A stretch of 64,000 nucleotides of DNA from an uncultured bacterium (GTDB lineage: Bacteria > Oederibacteriota > PGYV01 > CAWJRG01). The notes beneath the pieces are model-generated. The model had not been told where the DNA came from. It made no database searches and was given only the letters and a program-made list of their open reading frames with translations. Position numbers and translations under genes: made by a program. Location: assembly GCA_963845185.1 (NCBI GenBank), contig CAWJRG010000009.1:448001-512000 (forward strand), given 5' to 3'. Below, piece after piece: positions 59,464 through 64,000 of the stretch (the stretch's first letter is position 1; each line of letters begins with the position of its first letter).

Positions 59464-60915
59464 ATGGGTAAAAAGATAACAATTGAACCTGTTACAAGAG
59501 TTGAAGGCCACGGCAAGGTCACAATAAACCTTGATGACCAGGGTAATGTAAGCCAGACAAGGCTGCATGTGGTCGAATTCAGGGGTTTTGAGCGCTTTGT
59601 ACAGGGCAGGCCTTACTGGGAGGCTCCGGTACTCGTGCAGAGGCTGTGCGGGATATGCCCGGTAAGCCATCATTTAGCAGCGGCAAAGGCAATGGATGTG
59701 GTAGTCGGGGCAGGCACAGGAAACGGACTTACGCCTGTTGCTGAAAAGATGAGAAGGTTGATGCATTACGGACAGATGTTCCAGTCGCACTCGCTCCATT
59801 TTTTCCATCTTGCTTCGCCTGATTTACTTTTCGGCTATGACTCTGACCCGGTAAAAAGGAACGTCATTGGCGTCGCGATGGCGAACAAGGAGCTTGCAGT
59901 GCAGGCTGTTTTTATGAGGAAATTCGGGCAGGAAATAATAGCTGCCACAGCCGGGAAAAAGATACACGGCACTGGAGCTGTGCCCGGAGGAATAAACAAG
60001 AATTTAAGCACTGAAGAAAGGGATAAGTTTTTAAAAGGCAAGGACCCGCTTAACGCTGACAAGATGATAGAGTGGGCGCAGGGCGCGCTTGCGTTTTTTA
60101 AGGATTATTACAAAAAGAACAAGGATTTTATTGATAACTTTTCGCAGTTCCCGTCAAACCATCTGTCTCTTGTAAAAAAAGACGGCGGTCTTGACCTATA
60201 TCACGGCGTTTTAAGGGCCGTGGACGCAAACGGCAAGAAAATATTCGATAAAGTTGACTGCCAGGATTACCTTAAATACATAAGGGAGGAAGTAAAATCA
60301 TGGAGCTACATGAAATTCCCTTATATTAAACAGCTCGGGCCGGAAAAAGGCTGGTACAGGGTGGGCCCATTGGCAAGGCTGAATACTGCTGATTACATAC
60401 CTACACCGCTCGCACAGAAGGAATTTGAGGCGTATAAAGCTGTAACAAAAGGCAAACCTAACTATATGTGCATGCATACTCATTGGGCCAGGCTAATTGA
60501 AACCCTGCATTCGGCGGAAATGATAAAAAAACTGTTACAGGACCCGGACTTGCAGAAGGAAAATCTTGTCAAGACAGGCAAGAGGCAGAAAGAGGGCGTA
60601 GGGATAATCGAAGCGCCGAGAGGCACTCTTTTTCACCACTATGCGGTTGACGCCAATGACCAGATAACAATGTCAAACCTTATAGTGTCGACCACAAACA
60701 ACAACGAGTCCATGAACAGGTCCGTGAATTATATCGCAAAAGCCATGATGACAAAGAAACCTCAGATAACCGAAGGCATGATGAACGCGGTTGAGGTAGG
60801 CATCAGGGCATATGACCCATGCCTGTCGTGCGCCACGCACGCATACGGCGAAATGCCGCTTGAGATAACACTGAGAGACGCGAAAGGCAAAGTGATTGAA
60901 AAGAAATACAAATAA
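59464..60915 (+). CDS. hoxH: NAD-reducing [NiFe]-hydrogenase group 3d large subunit
   Basis: IEPVTRVEGHG, RLCGICPVSH and DPCLSCATH motifs plus C-terminal extension; order hoxFUYH. Confidence 0.92.
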   Translation: MGKKITIEPVTRVEGHGKVTINLDDQGNVSQTRLHVVEFRGFERFVQGRPYWEAPVLVQRLCGICPVSHHLAAAKAMDVVVGAGTGNGLTPVAEKMRRLMHYGQMFQSHSLHFFHLASPDLLFGYDSDPVKRNVIGVAMANKELAVQAVFMRKFGQEIIAATAGKKIHGTGAVPGGINKNLSTEERDKFLKGKDPLNADKMIEWAQGALAFFKDYYKKNKDFIDNFSQFPSNHLSLVKKDGGLDLYHGVLRAVDANGKKIFDKVDCQDYLKYIREEVKSWSYMKFPYIKQLGPEKGWYRVGPLARLNTADYIPTPLAQKEFEAYKAVTKGKPNYMCMHTHWARLIETLHSAEMIKKLLQDPDLQKENLVKTGKRQKEGVGIIEAPRGTLFHHYAVDANDQITMSNLIVSTTNNNESMNRSVNYIAKAMMTKKPQITEGMMNAVEVGIRAYDPCLSCATHAYGEMPLEITLRDAKGKVIEKKYK

Positions 60916-61022
60916 ATTATTCGCTCGACTTCGATCGGGGCTACAAAATTAGAACAATAAAAAGCGGGGGACACCCCAGTGATGACACATCACTATTGAT
61001 TTAATTGCGGACGCAATCAAAT

Positions 61023-61051
61023 TTGACATAACGCTATCCATGTGATATAAT
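61023..61051 (+). promoter_or_regulatory. Consensus sigma70 promoter
   Basis: TTGACA-N17-TATAAT with extended -10 TG; makes ATG 61070 the likely start. Confidence 0.75.
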
Positions 61052-61069
61052 TTGTGTCAAGAGGCGAAT

Positions 61070-61666
61070 ATGAAAAAGCAAATAATCACAATTTCAATCT
61101 TTTTTTTAATATTGTCAATTTCATCATGCCATCCAAATAAAAATAATCCTAATATGCCAAGACCTACAAATACGCCTTTTGCAGCGACATCCACAATAAC
61201 ACCAACCTGCGCGAGCGGAGGCAATAAAATTCAGAATTTAACAATATCACCCAGTACTGTTTTGGCCGGGCAGAATATCACGATAACATTCCAGTTTAAA
61301 GGAACAAATACAGGATGTAAACTCGCGTATTTTGCGGCATTATCAAATAAATGCTATATGCAAAATGCCGGTACAGCAGGCCAGGCAATACTGGTAAATG
61401 AAGCGGGAATAAATATTGCCTGCTGCAATGCGCAGGTGAACAGCGGAAGGGCGAGTCAATGCAATGGGGACAGCGCATGGCACAATAACACCGACGCTTC
61501 CTGCGGCATGGAAGCAGGAGGCGCGTCCATTTACATGACCGTGCCTTCATACTGGGTGACTGGATATTATTATGTGCTTGTTGGCGTGAGGGAATGCAAT
61601 GTATATGTAAATCCCGCGCCTTATTTGGATGATATTATATCAGCAGCATTTACAGTGAGTCCATAA
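61070..61666 (+). CDS. Cys-rich lipoprotein of unknown function (Ig-like)
   Basis: Signal peptide with lipobox ISSC, Pro/Thr linker, ISPSTVLAGQNITITF strand pattern. Confidence 0.6.
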   Translation: MKKQIITISIFFLILSISSCHPNKNNPNMPRPTNTPFAATSTITPTCASGGNKIQNLTISPSTVLAGQNITITFQFKGTNTGCKLAYFAALSNKCYMQNAGTAGQAILVNEAGINIACCNAQVNSGRASQCNGDSAWHNNTDASCGMEAGGASIYMTVPSYWVTGYYYVLVGVRECNVYVNPAPYLDDIISAAFTVSP

Positions 61667-61736
61667 TTTAAAATATAGGCGGCATTTACAGGCTTTGATT
61701 AAGATGTAAACAAAGGAAAAATAAAGGAGGCATCAA

Positions 61737-62759
61737 ATGAAAATTTTTTTAATCCTCATTACAATTTTTATCTTATATTTTTGTTTAGTATTTAATTCCT
61801 GTAAATTCCATCAGATTGGACCACCTTACTTACCTCCTTCTCCTACACCCATTTCCGGCAATAATTGGACATCAATACTATATGGGGCAAGTTTCACACC
61901 AAGAGCCAAACATGCGAGCGCTGTATATAACAATACAGTTTGGGTAATAGGTGGGACGCCGAATGGCAGTACTGGTTTAAATGACGTATGGTATTCAACG
62001 GGCGGTTATTACTGGCTAACGGCAACAGCAAGCGCGGGTTTCAGCGCGAGATGGGGGCATACAAGCGTTGTTTTCAATAATAAAATATGGGTAATAGGCG
62101 GGACATCGAACGGCAGTACTGGTTTAAATGATGTCTGGTATTCGACAGACGGCGTAAATTGGCTCGCTGCAACAGCAAACGCGGGTTTCAGCGCAAGATG
62201 GGAGCATACGAGTGTGGTATATAACAATGAAATGTGGGTAATAGGCGGGACATCAAATGGCAGCACGGGTTTAAATGATGTATGGTATTCTACAAACGGC
62301 ACGAATTGGACAGCGGCAACAGCATCGGCAGTTTTTAACGCAAGATGGGGCCATACAAGTGCTGTATACAACAATAAAATATGGGTAATAGGCGGAACAA
62401 TGGACGGCAGTACTGGTTTAAATGATGTCTGGTATTCGACAGACGGCGCAAACTGGCTAACAGCAACAGCAGGCGCGGGTTTCAGCACAAGATGGGAGCA
62501 TACGAGTGTAGCATATAACAATGAGATGTGGGTAATAGCCGGGCATAACGGCGGCAATTATTATAATGATGTCTGGAAATCAAGCGATGGAAGCGCATGG
62601 ACGCAAGTGACAGGAAACGCGGGTTTCAGCGCAAGAGCAGGTCATAATCTGGTGTATGCAAATTATTTTCTTGCCGGTGAATTTAATGTTAATAAAATGT
62701 GGGTTATGGGCGGGTATAATGGAAGTAATTATTATAATGACGTGTGGGCTTCACAATAA
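61737..62759 (+). CDS. Kelch-repeat beta-propeller lipoprotein
   Basis: Lipobox FNSC; six ~49-aa repeats FSARWxHTSVVYNNxxWVIGG...NDVWYSTDG. Confidence 0.85.
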   Translation: MKIFLILITIFILYFCLVFNSCKFHQIGPPYLPPSPTPISGNNWTSILYGASFTPRAKHASAVYNNTVWVIGGTPNGSTGLNDVWYSTGGYYWLTATASAGFSARWGHTSVVFNNKIWVIGGTSNGSTGLNDVWYSTDGVNWLAATANAGFSARWEHTSVVYNNEMWVIGGTSNGSTGLNDVWYSTNGTNWTAATASAVFNARWGHTSAVYNNKIWVIGGTMDGSTGLNDVWYSTDGANWLTATAGAGFSTRWEHTSVAYNNEMWVIAGHNGGNYYNDVWKSSDGSAWTQVTGNAGFSARAGHNLVYANYFLAGEFNVNKMWVMGGYNGSNYYNDVWASQ

Positions 62760-62805
62760 TTTCTTACAATTACAATTATAATAAAATTTAATTTACCAAC
62801 GAGAT

Positions 62806-62907
62806 TCCACGGGTGTAAACCCGTGGAGGAAGTAGACCAACTGTCAGTTGTTGACAGCGGGCAAGCTACGCTTGAATTAGGATAATACCACGGGCGTAAG
62901 CCCGTAG
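62806..62907. repeat. Pair of GC-rich hairpins resembling IS200/IS605- or REP-type ends
   Basis: TCCACGGGT-GTAA-ACCCGTGGA (62806-62827) and CCACGGGC-GTAA-GCCCGTAG (62888-62907). Confidence 0.55.
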
Positions 62908-62933
62908 AAGTTTATTTACCCTGAGAGGGCAAG

Positions 62934-64000
62934 ATGATTAAAAAATTTTTATTTATTTTTGCTGTTTTTAATTTGTTTGTCGTTTTCATGCCTGCGCGAC
63001 TCTCGGCTGAAATATCAGTTTTTGACGATAAAGATACCGGCAAAAAATATTTATGCCATAAAGACGAGAAATCACATATTCTCCATCGATACGAATACAA
63101 CAAAAATTTGATAAATGTGCGGTTTAAAGACAATGTAAGCGCGGAAGAAAAAACAGCCTTGTTTAATAAGCTTGAAATCAAATATTATTATCTTGACGGC
63201 CCGGCCGGCCTCGCCAATGCCGTGCTGGCAAACAGCGATGGACGCGAGATTGATTATGATAAAATTGTCCAAAAACTGGAAAAAGCGGAAATTGTAAGTA
63301 ATATTATACCTGTTTTTATTCTTCCCAACGGGAAAAACTGTTTTATAACGGATCTTTTAATTGCGCGGTTTAAGCATGGCGCTGGCGAAAATGAAATTAA
63401 TTTATTAAGCGCAAAATACGGAGTAAAAGAAATAAACAAACTGGAAGATACCGTGAGGGTTTATCAATTAAAGGATCATTCGAATTCAAATACGGTCGAA
63501 ATAGCCGATGAATTAATAAGAAAGCATAATGATGTTGTTGATTGTGTTATGCCGGATTTTATATCGGATAAAATAACTTTTACTGAAGAGCCGGATGACC
63601 AATATTTTCACCCGGTTAAAAACGAAGATGTGAACACATGGACCGGGAATCAATGGGCATTATTTAGAATCTGCGCCGAATCAGGCTGGAGTTTTGTATA
63701 TCCTAATAACTCTATTTCCGCTTTCCTTTTTACCGCGGCAGTTATTGATACCGGCGTTGATATCGGACATCCTGATTTAAATGCTTTTGGCGACCCGGCT
63801 ATTTTTGACACGATAAATGGGCAAGATGTCAGAAATCACGGCACTGGAGTGGCAGGTATTATTGGAGCAATGACTAATAATCATGCAGGCGTTGCCGGCG
63901 AATCATGGGACACACCGATTTGGTCAATTAGAGATACTGATTGGATGATTGCCGGATTTAAAACTACCTGCCAGTGGTGGCCCCCGGGATGTTACGTAGT
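62934..64000 (+). CDS. Secreted S8 (subtilisin-like) serine peptidase, 3'-truncated by window edge
   Basis: Not in the ORF track; my translation gives signal peptide MIKKFLFIF...RLSA, then AVIDTGVDIGHPDL (catalytic Asp) and HGTGVAGIIGA (catalytic His). Confidence 0.85.
   Translation, partial: MIKKFLFIFAVFNLFVVFMPARLSAEISVFDDKDTGKKYLCHKDEKSHILHRYEYNKNLINVRFKDNVSAEEKTALFNKLEIKYYYLDGPAGLANAVLANSDGREIDYDKIVQKLEKAEIVSNIIPVFILPNGKNCFITDLLIARFKHGAGENEINLLSAKYGVKEINKLEDTVRVYQLKDHSNSNTVEIADELIRKHNDVVDCVMPDFISDKITFTEEPDDQYFHPVKNEDVNTWTGNQWALFRICAESGWSFVYPNNSISAFLFTAAVIDTGVDIGHPDLNAFGDPAIFDTINGQDVRNHGTGVAGIIGAMTNNHAGVAGESWDTPIWSIRDTDWMIAGFKTTCQWWPPGCYV

Noticed and set aside
385..60915. Selenocysteine-containing hydrogenases
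   Set aside because: Both large subunits have Cys in all four Ni-ligand positions and no in-frame TGA.

Overview
Bacterial chromosomal window; every gene I can support is on the + strand. It opens with the end of a group 3c [NiFe]-hydrogenase operon (mvhG partial, mvhA, maturation protease). About 47 kb of cell-surface locus follows: two copies of a three-gene cassette (giant Thr-rich secreted protein, protein ending in a T9SS type A-like sorting domain, PorV/PorQ-family barrel with TPR tail) flank five GT-C-type membrane glycosyltransferase genes, three of them fused to PA14 domains. Giant A (~3,300 aa) is split by a 1-bp insertion. Giant B (~6,250 aa) carries ~9 kb of a Pro/Gly-free octapeptide repeat xxxTxTxh with 8/16/24/136-aa periodicity. 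Downstream are an IS1182-family element inserted into one of two ~320-bp MITE/REPIN-like repeats, a split B12-dependent methionine synthase, an interrupted cNMP-binding gene, a group 3d hoxFUYH operon, two lipoproteins and a truncated S8 peptidase. The hox operon has a Rex-like operator and three copies of a covarying two-hairpin RNA motif, two of them abutting ribosome-binding sites. The best novelty candidates are the giant/CTD-partner/PorV cassette with its glycosylation cluster, the TxT octad stalk and the hox RNA motif. All family calls come from motif recognition by eye; no searches were run.
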